64,000 nucleotides of DNA from Octopus vulgaris (taxonomy: Eukaryota): contig OX597828.1 of NCBI GenBank assembly GCA_951406725.2, positions 18,290,001-18,354,000 of the forward strand, given 5' to 3'. Below are positions 39,653 through 53,127 of this stretch, in pieces (within the stretch, counting starts at the first letter, position 1; the number at the start of each line of letters is the position of its first letter). The position numbers and the translations under genes are program-made. The notes beneath the pieces were generated by a model. That model had not been told where the DNA came from, searched no databases, and saw only the letters and a program-made list of their open reading frames with translations.

Positions 39653-41289
39653 TGGTGGTGGGCGTAAACGTTGTTTTTTGTTCCTTCTTATTTTTCGCTT
39701 GCTGAAGTATTTAACAGCAGGATCCTATTTCTGGCTTAGTTACAGCTGCCGGAATAAATCGTTTGCCATCGATTGAAAGAGAAAGTCTTTGAGTGTGTAT
39801 GCGTGTGGTTGTATGTGTGTGTGTGTGTGTGTGTGTGTGCGTATGTGAGAGAGACAGAGAGAGACCTATCGACAGAGATAGAAAGACGGGGAGAAATAGA
39901 GAGTCAGAGAAACATGGTGGAGCCACAGGGAGAGTGAGAGAAATTGCAGAAGACGTTTGAAGGGAGAAGTTATGAGGGATTATAAAGACAAAAGGAAAAC
40001 AGAATGGGAGAGAGAGAGAGGGGGAGGGAGAAAAAGAGTGAGAGAGGGAGAGAGAAATGAAGAAAAGCGTTGAGAAATGCAAAGATTATTTGGAAGACAC
40101 ATTTAAAGGTAAAAATGTTCTTTAAATGAACCATTGCGTTTTAATCAGTCATGGAAGAATATATCTCCTTGGAAGGAAACGATAACATCTTCTCATTCAC
40201 TTCGCATCGGTGGCAGCAACATCAGCACCAGCAGCAGCAGCAGCAGCAGCGGCGGCGGCGGTGGCGATGAGGGCGGCGGCAATGGTGTCAGTGGTAATAA
40301 CGACAGTGGCTGCTTGGGTAGTGGTGGTGGTTGTCGTGGTGTTGGTGTTGGTGGTTTTGCCGCGGTTTTTGCTGGAGATTGTGGTTGTGTTGACAACGTA
40401 AGTAATGGTGAGGTAGTTGTTCTTGATGGTGGTGGTAGCGATGTATTAGTGATGGCGACAATCTGGTAGTGGTGGTGGTGTTAGTGATGGCGGTGATGGT
40501 GGTAACGGTGATGGTGGTGGTGGTAGTTGTGATAGTGGTGAAAATGGTGTTGACGGTGATGGTGGTGGTGGTAGTTGTGATGGTGGTGAAAATGGTGTTG
40601 ACGGTGCTAGTGGTGATGGTCGCGGTTGTAGTGGTGTTGACAGGATGGTGGTGGTGGTCATCCCCGTCGTGATTGTCGTCGACTTTGTTGTGGTGTTCGT
40701 GGCAGGGTTCGCAGTCGTGTTGGTAGTGGTTGTGGAAGCGGCGGTGGTGGTGGTGATGGTGGCGGCGGCGGCGGCGGCGGTGGTGGTGGTGGTGATAGTG
40801 CTAGTTTTTAGTCCCCGATTCAGACATGACTGAATACGCATATTCACATGATCTACGTTGATCCAGCAATGACCACCACCTCATTCTCTCGTGTATCGTG
40901 TACTTGGGTCTAATCTGATGCGTCCACCAATCAACTTCTATTTTCAATACTGTAGTGGTGTAACGTGGGGAAGATTTCGCTGCTATTCCATGCTGACCAC
41001 AAATAGATAGCCGCGTGGACAACTACACAATGAGTTTAAGATGGCTTAAACATCTGCAAACACAACGTACACATAAAATAATATAGGGTTTATCCCCCAA
41101 CAAAGAGGGCTCTGTTTTGAAGATGAGCTAGAACAGGGCGTGTGAGAGGCATCTCATACCCCAACTGGAAAGTTACACTTTGGTAATCAGGAACAGTAAA
41201 TAATTACAAAATTAACTAATGAATGAGATAACGGGGTCTCCATTCCTCCAGGGTCTGATCGAAAATATTGGTTTAACATTTTTGCACAA

Positions 41290-41452
41290 GGCGCAGGAGT
41301 GACTGTGTGGTAAGTAGCTTGCTTACCAACCACACGGTTTCGGGTTCATTCCCACTGCGTGGCACCGTGGGCAAGTGTCTTCTACTGTAGCCTCGGGCCC
41401 ACCAAAACCTTGTGAGTGGATTTGGTAGACGGAAACTGAAAGAAGCCCATCG

Positions 41453-41498
<46 letters not shown>

Positions 41499-41720
41499 CG
41501 TGTGTGTGTGTGTGTGTATGTTTGTGTGTCTGTGTTTGTCCCCCCAACATCGCTTGACAATCGATGGTGGTGTGTTTACGTCCCCGTAACTTAGCGGTTC
41601 GGCAAAAGAGACCGATGGAATAAGTACTAGTCTCCCAAACAAGAAGTCCTGGGTCGATTTGCTCGCCTAACGGCAGTGATCCAGCATGGCCACAGTCAAA
41701 TGACTGAAACAAGTAAAACA
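41290..41720 (+). mobile_element. SINE family B, full length
   Basis: GGCGCAGGAGTGACTGTGTGGTAAG...CCAGCATGGCCACAGTCAAATGACTGAAACAAGTAAAA. Confidence 0.9.
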
Positions 41721-41729
41721 TAGTAAGAG

Positions 41730-42375
41730 TAAGGCCAGCAATTTCGAGGAATGGAGGTAATTCGATTACATCGACCCCAATGTTCAACTGGTACTTATTT
41801 TATTGACCCCGAAAGGATGAAAGGCAAAATCGACCTCGGCGGAAATTGAACTCAGAACGTAAAGACAGACGAAATGGCGTTAAGCATCTTGCTCGGCATG
41901 TTAACAATTCTACCTGCTAACCGCATTTTTGATAGCAAATTTTGATTATTTCTTTTGACATAGGATCAGTAAATTCGAGGGTAGGGAAGAATGGATTACA
42001 TTGACATCAGCGCTCAACTTATTTTAACGATCCCGAAAGGATGAAAGGCAAAGTGGATCTAGTGAGAACGTAAAGACAGACGGAATGCCGCTAAGCATTT
42101 CACCCGATGTACTGATGATTCTACCAGCGCACCACATTTCTGATAAAAATATATTCCTTTCTACGCTAGGCACAAACCCGAAATTTTGGGGGAGTGGGGC
42201 AGTCGATTAGATCGCCCCCAGTATCGACCCCGAAAGGATGAAAGGCAATTTATCGACCTAGAAAAAATGAAAGGCAAAGTCGACCTCGGTGGGATTTGAA
42301 CTCAGAACGTAAATACAGACGAAAACTACTAAGCATTTCGCCTGGCGTTTTAACGACTCTGCCAACTCGCCGCCA
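41730..42375 (-). mobile_element. Three tandem SINE family A copies
   Basis: Three CCCGAAAGGATGAAAGGCAA...AGAACGTAAA units, each ending in a head-like CC(A/T)GC..CGC. Confidence 0.85.
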
Positions 42376-42557
42376 TTCTGATGAAAATATATTAAATATG
42401 ATTTAGTAGGGGCAGAAACATCAAACTATATTTACGAAAGATGCCTCAAAATCTCTTTCGTCCCCCCCCCCCCCAACAGTTTACAAGTCTCTCCGTTGGA
42501 AATATCGCTATGACAGTGATATGTAAGCCTCACCAAAATAAGAGTATAAGGGAAACA

Positions 42558-42974
42558 GGATCTTTTCGGTTTGAACGGCAGTTTTTCACATAATTTCTAG
42601 GTAACTAAAAAATTTTAAACTTCGTATACTGGTAGAATGTGTTTATAAAACATCTTTTTCTCTTGGCTTTATTGAGAAAATTCTATAGTTTGTAAGATAT
42701 TTATTGGTTTTTTCTTCAGTTTCTTCAATTTCAGCCAATCAATGATGTGTATTGCGGTTATAAACATTCTGGGCCGTATGAATATGCCCCTCGTTTAAGA
42801 AACAGATTGGGTTTATTTACATTTGTGAAGAAAAAAAAGATACCCTTCCCCCACCTCTAACCCTAACCCTAAAATAGATTGAAATGCAATAGGTCGATAC
42901 TAGGGTCATAATTATGGGTGACAATTTCATATGACACCGCTAGAAAAAAACTGGCGTTCAAACCGAAAAGATCT
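42558..42974. mobile_element. MITE with ~28-bp TIRs
   Basis: GATCTTTTCGGTTTGAACGGCAGTTTTT / AAAAACTGGCGTTCAAACCGAAAAGATC; flanks GGGAAACA / GGGGAGCA may be a decayed 8-bp TSD. Confidence 0.8.
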
Positions 42975-43349
42975 GGGGAGCATTTAAAATAAACAATGCT
43001 ACTAGAAAATTCTAACTAAAATAGTAATCAGCTACAACACAGCAAGTGGCAAATTTTCTATGGAATCTGGAACATACACAGTTTTAGAAGTGATTTGTTC
43101 AACGGAATGTCGCGTTTAAAACTAAGGGTTTTTATAAGACGAACATGAATGGTTAAATTTTGGACAAAAGAACAGGCGATTCGAAAACTGAGTGCATCTG
43201 CTGCGAAGCTTAAAGTTCCTATATCCAGAATGTGGGTTCTCATTTGTACCTATTATCATAGGTAAAGCGGCCCACGTATATAAAGAAACTTAAAATAGTG
43301 ATACATGCTTATTTTTTATGTAATTTTGAAGATGTTTATAATATTGGTT

Positions 43350-43950
43350 TCAACTACTGGAACAAGGACATTAGTTTCGGCGGGGGGGGGGGGAGTAAGT
43401 CGATCACAGCAATACCAGTGATGAATTAGTATTTATTTATCGACCCTGAAAGGATAAAAGGCAAATTCGACTCCGGCGGAATTCGAACACACAATGTAAA
43501 GACACGAAATACCGCTAAGCATTTTGTCTGGCGTGCTTAGCGATTCTGCAAGTTCGCCGAATTATTCTTTTATTCTTCTATTTGTTTCAGTCATTTTACT
43601 GCGGCCATGCTGTCGCACCACCTATAGTCGAGCAAATCGACCCCAGGACTTATTCTTTGTGAGCCTGGTACTTAACCTATCGGTCGCTTTTGCCGAACCC
43701 CTAAATTACGGGACGTAAACACACCAACATCGGATGTCAAGCGATGATCGAGGGGGGGCAAACACACGCACGCACACACACACACACACACACATATACG
43801 ACGGGCTTCTTTCAGTTTCCGTCTACCGAATCTACTCACAAGGCTTTGGTCGGGCCGAGACTATAGTAGAAGACACTTGCCCAAGGTGCCACACAGTGGG
43901 ACTGAACTCGGAACCATGTGGTTGGTAAGCAAGCTACTTACCATCCACCC
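43350..43950 (-). mobile_element. SINE family A (43350-43560) followed by SINE family B (43575-43950)
   Basis: Reverse complements of both consensus sequences. Confidence 0.8.
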
Positions 43951-44029
43951 ATGCGTGCGACTTAGATGATGTTGCTAATATTGACAGGAAATGTAGTCTC
44001 TCTGGAAATTATGACCATTCAATCATGTG

Positions 44030-44705
44030 CAGTTTCGAAGTATATACTTCTGCATAATTTGTCAAAAGCAGGAGGCAACTTCAAAATATCTAATGAACGA
44101 AAGAGATAGCGAAATAAACCCCAGGATGTCGATTATGTCACATTTTTATGGAAGATATTACACATGTGATCCGCAGCTGCCCAAAAATGTCATTAATACA
44201 GTATGATGTTGTTGCTAAAACAATATTCAGTCGAATCCGTACGAAGGACTCCCCGGGGATAAATACAGAAAATATTCTTGAAGTTGAGAATATATATACA
44301 TACGTGTCAACGTGTCAACACAAGAAAAATTGAAGAAACATTCCCATGAAAACTTCCGCCAAATGGAGACATATCATGCCTGTTATAGCTTGTTTGAGAC
44401 CGAAAAGAAAATTTATGTAGAGTTATAGAGGTCAGCTGCCCTGCAGATGTTAAGATATCTTTCAAAAGTCTATGAAAACAGAATATTTTCGGACAACTGT
44501 TTAGAAATACGCCTTCACCGGTGAGACTATAAATATTTACACCTATAATTATTGTTACACTTTTGGAGTAAATTTCTAAGTAATAAATATAAAAAAAGCT
44601 GGAGTTTTCAGACAAACAGAAAGACCAGGTAACACACACTTTGAACATACAGTCTATAAGCGGAACAGTAAAAATATTCAAGACTTATCTAAGCTACAGC
44701 ATTTA
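44030..44705 (+). mobile_element. Decayed non-LTR retrotransposon 3' fragment with a restriction-like endonuclease (R4/Dong/HERO-like)
   Basis: CRLCHIFMEDITHVIRSCPKM (CCHC knuckle), YDVVAK (RHD position), IPMKTSAKWRHIMP (HNRPD position), VIEVSCPADV; frameshifts and stops. Confidence 0.8.
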
Positions 44706-45137
44706 AATATTAACAAGTTTTACTGTTTAAATTATAGTCATGGAGTTTCGTTTCGTCGTTAGAAACTAATTTTTCTCTATAGAGAGAATTCAAATAATCA
44801 AAACAAGCAAAAAAATACAAAAAAAAGAAAGATAATGAATATACATATTACTAGCAAACTAATAAACTCGAAACCGACTGCACTCACTGAGAAATAAATG
44901 CAAATTCATTTAATAAATCATGCAACGCTGAAGCGATTATTTATGAGGCATAGGTTTTCTCCACCAACACAAAACCAAGTGCTGTACCCAAGCGCACTGA
45001 TACCATTTAGTTCAATGATAACATTACCTAGCCCGAACTATTATTTGCAAACTACTACTAGCTTCTTATCAACCTGATAATCTTATACTGTTTGACTTTA
45101 GTTTACTCATTTCAATCTTTCTATAATTCTCTAAAAT

Positions 45138-45197
<60 letters not shown>

Positions 45198-45674
45198 CTT
45201 TCTAGTTACACTTTAAATAAATAGAATTCGTTAGGGTTTTGTTTTTCAATTTTTTTGTCACCTTTTCGGAATTATTGCCTGGTTGAAGTAATTCTAATGA
45301 CATTTATCGTTAGACGCACGGAAAATAAATCACTTTTACTCCCTTGTGAGTGTCTGAATATGTACATGAATACACACACGCACACTCACTCGCAAACACA
45401 CACGCACGCACCCACTCATTCATATATACACATACATACATATATGCACACACACACATATATACATATATACGTACATATATACAGACTCACATGGGAC
45501 TAAATTTGATTTATTTTCCTCATATATTTTCTGTTCTCTCCCTTTCTGTATGTTAATCTTTATGTCCCTCTTCCTCTATGCCTCCTCTGTTCCTCTATCT
45601 TTCTCTCTCCCTCTCCTTCTCTGTCTGTCTATCTTGATGTCTCTTTCTTACCATATATATATGTGTGTGTGTGT

Positions 45675-45711
<37 letters not shown>

Positions 45712-45879
45712 TAACAAATTATATTCCACACTCAACACAATACATCCATTCCATGTTACCAAAAAACAGTATGCTCAGCAGAATATGTGAATAATAATAT
45801 ACACATATATAAATTTGGAGTATATCCTATAAACTTTATAATACAAGGAGTGATATGCTCAACACTCGACATGCATATT

Positions 45880-46500
45880 AAAATATATACATGGATTGTA
45901 AATATTTTTTCGAATGCCTGCCAGTTATGGCAGGGTTTCACCTTGCTTCATCACCAGGTTCAGAAAGAATATGTTGAATTCAGTTCGTAAATATATTGGC
46001 TTTTATACGAGAAAATGCCATGCTGTGTTTGAAATAAACTCTTTTCGTAAAAAAGCTTTCAATTTATGAAACCGTCATCCGCTAGCTTCATGCCACGTGA
46101 CACAGGTTAAGTATGACAAGCATATCCTTCATTCATTTCTCCCTTACCATAAATATTTTTAGGTACAAAAATGAACCTTCAACTAACAAGAGACACGCCA
46201 GCTTCTCACAAAACAACCTCTACTACAATTATCTAAAGGTTCTAGAATGTTCAACTATAATACCCACCCAAACCTTTCTACCTAAAGACCCATTTGTAGA
46301 ATTAGCCACGCATAGGAATAATAGGAAAAAGATTCTCTGTAGTCAAATACATTTAAATATATGTAGATAAAGAACTTTCTCCATTTATACGTCCCTAACC
46401 TTGCCAATTCTACAAACTGTTGATCTACAAATGCATTTGTATGCCCAATATATATGGGCGTTTATCTCCATCCGGATATATAGAGCTTAATATATTGTCA
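45880..46500 (+). mobile_element. Highly decayed Penelope-like element ORF remnant (RT end to GIY-YIG)
   Basis: Across frameshifts and in the expected order: YMD, IY.KPS (VYRKPT-like), PKDPF.VELPRIGIIGKRFS (YL.LP.IG-like), IYKCIC.AQYI (GIY-YIG-like). Confidence 0.4.
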
Positions 46501-46824
46501 CACCTTCTCTGCTATAAAAATCCAGAAAATTTTAAACAAGTTCTTAGGAGCGTATATTTTGATAAATACTCTCTTATTTGCATATGATCAAATATATATG
46601 TGTGTGTGTGTTTGTGTGTGAACATTCATAAGTCGTCTTCGACTGGAGAGACCATCATATATAAACTTAATATATATATACTTATATATATATATTTCGG
46701 TTCGTATGGTTTTTATACGACACCATTTTTACAATCCTGTAAATAATAATTATGGTATTATAATATGCAATTAAAGTTTATAGCGATCACCGTGCAATGA
46801 CTAAGGAAAATAGTCTAAATGAAG

Positions 46825-46864
<40 letters not shown>

Positions 46865-46869
<5 letters not shown>

Positions 46870-47075
46870 TATAATAGAGTTACCACTATGTGGATAGCTC
46901 TAGTGCTAAAAATAGCTCCGTTACTAGTATAGCCACAGAAAGATGTTTCCAAGAAGAAATAACATTACATTGTAATGTTATTTCTTCTTGGAAACAACTT
47001 TCTGTGGCTATACAAGTAACGGAGCTATTTTTAGCAAAAGAGCTATCCACATAGTGGTAACTCTCTTATAATTTA
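46865..47075. repeat. Near-perfect 211-bp palindrome
   Basis: 105-bp arms around a single T at 46970, about 5 mismatches by eye. Confidence 0.92.
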
Positions 47076-48394
47076 TGTATAAATTTGTATTGTGTCCATA
47101 GTTTTATGTGCTAAGCCACTTGGTGTTAAACTGATGGTATTATTAAATTAATATCAAATTTTTCACCCTCATTTATAAATTTATATATATATATAACCAT
47201 ATATATAATTAATTATATATATAATGTTTGTTTTTATGTTTTAGCAAAAATAATTTTACGTGAAATCTAAGAATTAGTCAATGCATTAGGTAGAGTACAA
47301 ATTTATTATTATTTAATAACTATAGTAATGACAGTGACTTCGAAGTCTCGGCCAGCTAAATCATCATTGGATTTATGCATGTCAGTTCATCTTTGCTTTA
47401 TAAAGTTTCTGTTAAATTAAACTGTTCTCGGGTTAGCTGAGTTCTGTTGAATCATAATTGGGGCATCTGGCAAGTTGTGATGACGAGGTGTTATGGAGAA
47501 TTATTATTGATTAAATTCTGGAGGTGTACTATTGTTTTGTATATATTTTTGAATGTAGAACTTTCTAACCAGTTATATATATTTAGATGTGTCATCTTGA
47601 GGTCATAGTGTTTTTCACATGTTTGTATTTGGAGGATTATGGTTATCACTTTAGCATGTCATAGTGTTATTAGTCTCAATCAAATGGTTAAATGTTAACA
47701 AGAGATATGTAGTTAGGTTATTCATAAACTTATATGCCACTCGGTTTAGTTAGTGGATATAAACGGCATGTGTAACTTTTGGTTCTGAGAGAGTGAAGGT
47801 TAAGTCTTAGAGGTCAGTCCAATATGCTACAGTTCGTAATTAGGTTTGTTTACTAGATGTGTCATTTGTGAGGTAATGGGTTTTCAAGGGTTCAATACGT
47901 AATGTTAGTAGGTGGTAAGTCTCAGCTGTTGGCAGACTGATATTATTTAGGGTTTTTTACCTGTTTTTATTTGGAGGATGTGGGTTATCACACAAGCACG
48001 TCATAAAGTTATTAGTCTCAATCAAATGCTTTTAACAAGCGATAATAGTTTGGTTTAAAATGTTGTTCAGCGTATTTGTTTTTAGGGTATCATTAAGGAA
48101 ATTATTTAATTACTGATTAGAAATGCTGACACTTGTGTTTAGAGAGGTGAAGTTTGTATGCTACTTTTTATAAATTTTTCTCCTATTCGGTTGAAATAAT
48201 ATTTATGGAATATTATTTGGATTTATTTAAATATGCGAAGAGTAGAAATTCTGAAAAATATGCGAAAAATTCTTCGTCTATACTCTTTGCATATCTGTAT
48301 GTTGTGTGTGTTCTTTTGCAAATGCGAGCACTTATTTTAGAAAATCTTGCAAGATTTTTCGCAAATTTAGGAAATCTTAGATTATTTCTGCAGG

Positions 48395-48473
<79 letters not shown>

Positions 48474-48510
48474 GTGTAAATGTAATATTTGGCAATTATT
48501 TGGTAGCCAT

Positions 48511-48569
48511 GATAAAACTCCGAGTTTCGGATGCCGAGGTGGAAATCCACGCCGCCATCTCTTCCGTTA
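48511..48569 (-). ncRNA. Type I hammerhead ribozyme-like motif with one core substitution
   Basis: Minus strand GATAA-CGGAAGA-T-GG..GTGGATTTCCAC..CC-GAAA-CTC-G-GAG-T-T-TTATC: stem I GATAA/TTATC, stem III ACTC/GAGT, core U4 replaced by G. Confidence 0.5.
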
Positions 48570-49415
48570 TCCGTCCGAATATTTGTCGCATATTATATTT
48601 CCAGTTAAATTCCTCTATTTACATAATATCGAGGTCTCTTCCCGTCTTTTGGTGTCTTGCAGTTTTTATCAATATATATATATGTGTGTGTGTCTGAGTG
48701 TGTGTATAATGATGTGGGGGCGGGTACATACACACATACGTACCAATGTTACCTCTTGTTCCAGCAATGGAGAAACGAGTAATGCAACTACACTGGGACG
48801 TTAAAACAATATGCTACTGCATCGACAATAGGAAAGGATTTTGACCGATGTAAAACATAAACAATTTTATTATTCTACAGCAGTTCTCTTAAAACCGACC
48901 AATTTATGTCAATCCAAACGAAATAACCACTAACGTAAAAATTCTAATAATAATGATGGCTACCATTTTTATGATACCATCTTGCAACACTGCTATTCAT
49001 CACTAAATATCACAGAAAGAACTGATAATAAATTTCGACTGGTTTTTACATGGAACACATTTTTGTAAGCGTATGATGTTTTCCATGTGAAACTATATAT
49101 TATAATATATCACCTGTAAAAGTAATAAACCACTAATAAACATCTCGCTCTATGGTAATATGTGTATTGAGTACTCTGTATTTCACGAAGAATTTTAGGC
49201 GAAAGAATCGTCCCGCATTTTTTTTTAAGTGGTTCTATCGGCCTATTTTGTCGAATCGTCTTGTTTCGGGTACGCAGACAAGTCAACACCGGTTGTTGAG
49301 GACAAAATGCACACAAAAACATTCATACACACTCACATTCATACATACATACATAATACATACATACATACATAAATACGCACACAGACAGACACATAGA
49401 TAGATAGATAGATAT

Positions 49416-49486
<71 letters not shown>

Positions 49487-50485
49487 TGTTTCTTTATTGG
49501 CCACACAGGGTTGAACACAGAGGGGACAAAATACAAAGTAGAGCTTTACTTGGGGGGAAGAAGAGAAGGAAAAACGTGGGTCGAATTCCGATCAAAAGGG
49601 ATCGTGATAAAAAATAAAGAGGCGATCAATAGTGATCGTGTACCACAGAAATGTCAATGTAAAAAGGTAAACAAATTAGGTTTATCTGTGGGAAGAAAAG
49701 CCTACGAAAAAGACCACGGGAACCTTGGGCAATAGTGTCATGCAAAAATAGACATTACAGTAAGTTGCTGTCTTCCCCCCCCTTTTGGGGGGGTTCGTAG
49801 GATTATACTCAAGCTGGCTCCGTCATTCACACATGCTATCGTTGCTACATTCACCCATCTTTTTTTTAACATTCACTACACAACACGTCTCTCTACTTTC
49901 ACCTTCCTCTTCAAGTAATACTTGAAGAAGTTGATGAGAAAGTGACCAGAGAGGAAATTGTTTGTCTCTAGACCTTCCAGACGCGTCCACCATACACATT
50001 CTTTCGCCATAGCCAAGTACGATGAAAATGGCTCTTCCTTCCTGTTTCAAGGAAGGAGGCGCGACAATATTCGCGATAGACTCGGTTGATAAACCGACTC
50101 GTCCCAAACGCGATAGCAGTCGTTCGACATAGACCAACAGGTCGGAAATGGTTGGACACTGCACGAGTGCGTGCAGGACGGTTTCGGACAGGTCGGCCCC
50201 GTGTTTCTCGAGCTATGCCTGTAGAGCTTATCCCGAACGGGTAGTGCTTCTCGATAGCACTGCCAGGCCAGGAATCTCTGGAATTTTTCCATAGGTCCCG
50301 GCTCGAAAGACTTCTTGAACAGGTGGGTCAGGTATTCCTCGTCGACACCCAGGTTCGCCCCGAGATCGTTGTCGTACCTCCCCTCCACTAATCCCCTATA
50401 GAATGCTTTGGTTGTGTTGAAGTCGCTCAAGGTCGATCCGGGACGACATAGTTGCTTGAGAGCAACGCGACACACGCGGTGCCAG
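49487..50485 (-). mobile_element. 5'-truncated Tx1/L1-clade LINE (zf-RVT region plus 3' UTR) inserted in (GATA)n
   Basis: LAWQCYREALPVRDKLYRH...GPTCP (zf-RVT-like), FFKYYLKRKVKVER-type C-terminus, 3' UTR ending CAATAAAGAAAC then (TATC)n. Confidence 0.85.
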
Positions 50486-50520
50486 AGGGATGGATGGGTG
50501 GATGGATGGATGGATGGATG

Positions 50521-50581
<61 letters not shown>

Positions 50582-50664
50582 ACAGAGGGATGGATGGATA
50601 GATAAATGGATGGATAGATAAACGGATGGTAGACAGACAGATAGCTAGAAAGATAGATACAGCA

Positions 50665-50830
50665 ATTTTCTTTCAGTTTTCGTCAACCAAACGCAACTCA
50701 TGCACTCACAGGCTTTGTTCGGATCGTGGTTATGGTAGGGGATGCATGCTCAAAGTGCCACGCAGTGGGATTGAACCAGGAGCCATGTGGTTGGGAAGCA
50801 AACGTCTTACCATACAGCCACGCCTGCGCC
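50665..50830 (-). mobile_element. SINE family B 5' module
   Basis: GTGCCACGCAGTGGGATTGAACC...CTTACCATACAGCCACGCCTGCGCC. Confidence 0.75.
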
Positions 50831-51060
50831 TATACATATGTATATATATACATACACATACACACACATGAGAGTATTGCATATGTATATATGAATTTAT
50901 CCCACACATAGATACATACGCATATTTACATTCATACATGCATACATAGCTACAGACTTACACATATATATATGCGTCCATCTATCCATACACTCACACA
51001 CACACGTGTGTGTGTGTGTGTGTGCATTTATCTACTAACCATTTCTCCCTCTGCATATAG

Positions 51061-51091
<31 letters not shown>

Positions 51092-51190
51092 TGTGCGTGA
51101 GTAAGAGTGCCTTTGTTTCTGTATATGTGAATATGTATGTCAATGTGTAAGCGTGTGTGTGTGTGTGTGTTTGTGTGTGTGAGTGTGTGT

Positions 51191-51240
<50 letters not shown>

Positions 51241-52091
51241 CTCAATTTAATTTGTTTTGACTGTTAAAGAGAAAAATGTCAGCGAACGAAAATTTTATGA
51301 ATAGGTTTCAAGCTTGCTGCATGCTTAATAGTTATTTACTCGGCGAAACAAAAATAAATCTAAAACCTATTACACTACATATATAATATTTGCTTAACTC
51401 ATTGCATTGACGCGAATGTTTCGTATAATAAAATACTCTGGATGCTGTTGTCGTCGCTGGTGTTGTTCTTGTTGTTGCTGCAGATATTGATGAGGATGAT
51501 GATGGATAATGATGATGATGATGATGAGGATGATGATGGGGTTAGGGTTAGGGGTAGAGGTAGGGCTAGTGGTGGGGCTGACGTTGGTGGCGACGCTTTA
51601 CAAAAGATGTATCTTGTTTATTTGTACACTCGTTGGTATCTGCTTCTGAATGAGCTCAAAGGAAAATGATTCAGTTATGACATTTTCAATTGACATGATA
51701 CACGCGTCTATGTCTATGTGTATGTGTGTGTGTTTATATATGTATATGAATATACATGCATACATATGTATGTATGTATGTATGTATATAAATATACATA
51801 TATATATATGTATGTATATATATATGAATAATACTTATACATATATTTATATACATATATATATATATATATGAATATGATAAATATATACACACACATA
51901 CACACACATACACACACATATATATACATATATATATATATATGCATGTACATATGGATAAACAGATGCATGCCTTTATCTATCTATTTATCTATCTATA
52001 CATATATATATACACGCATACGTGTGTATATATATACGTATATATAGATGTATGTAGGCATAAGTATATATTTGTATATATGAATATGTAC

Positions 52092-52135
<44 letters not shown>

Positions 52136-52300
52136 GTATCTCTCTATCCATCACTAAATATATATATGTAGAAATATATGTATGTATGTATGTATGTATA
52201 TATGTATATATATATATATGTATATATTTATATATATATATATATATGTATGTATATATATATGTATATATGTATGTATGTATATATTTGTGTATGTATA

Positions 52301-52350
<50 letters not shown>

Positions 52351-52593
52351 TGTATATATGTACACATTTGGATTCATGTATATTTATATATGCAAATGTA
52401 TTATACACATGTTCACATACCCACATAAAAACACACACACCTATGTACATGGGTATATTTAAATTTACATATGCATATCGATTATATGTTTTCAAAAATA
52501 GCATGTATGGCTACACACAGACATACACATAAATAGCCACACAACACATGTACACACTACTTACATACATATATACATATATACATAGATACA

Positions 52594-52640
<47 letters not shown>

Positions 52641-52910
52641 TGTTTGTGTCAGATGGATTTATTTGTTTATTCGTCTATTTATTAATGTCTTTCTTTCTTT
52701 GTTTTTATTTTATTTTATTTTCGCATATCTTTAAATATCATCTTTCTTCATGCTTCAGTTCCTGTTTGAATGATGCGTCAGACGCGGAAAAGCACATTTT
52801 CACAAATTCATGCATTTATTGAGAAGAACTCGAAAATCCAAAACATATCCCCTTTACATAGACACATACATACATACGTACATACATACATACATACATA
52901 CATACATACA

Positions 52911-52941
<31 letters not shown>

Positions 52942-53040
52942 CTACATGCATATACAAACACATATAAAACACACTGAGCGATAGCATTGTCATACAGACA
53001 TGTATGCCTGTACAACCATATATAACATATATTCATATGT

Positions 53041-53127
<87 letters not shown>

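Noticed and set aside
42857-42872. Telomere-like CTAACCCTAACCCTAA (also GTTAGGGTTAGGG at ~51541)
   Set aside because: Only 2-3 units, internal to a MITE or low-complexity tract.
48154-48804. 216-aa ORF
   Set aside because: It runs through a (TA)n tract and repeat islands, with no domain motif or splice context.
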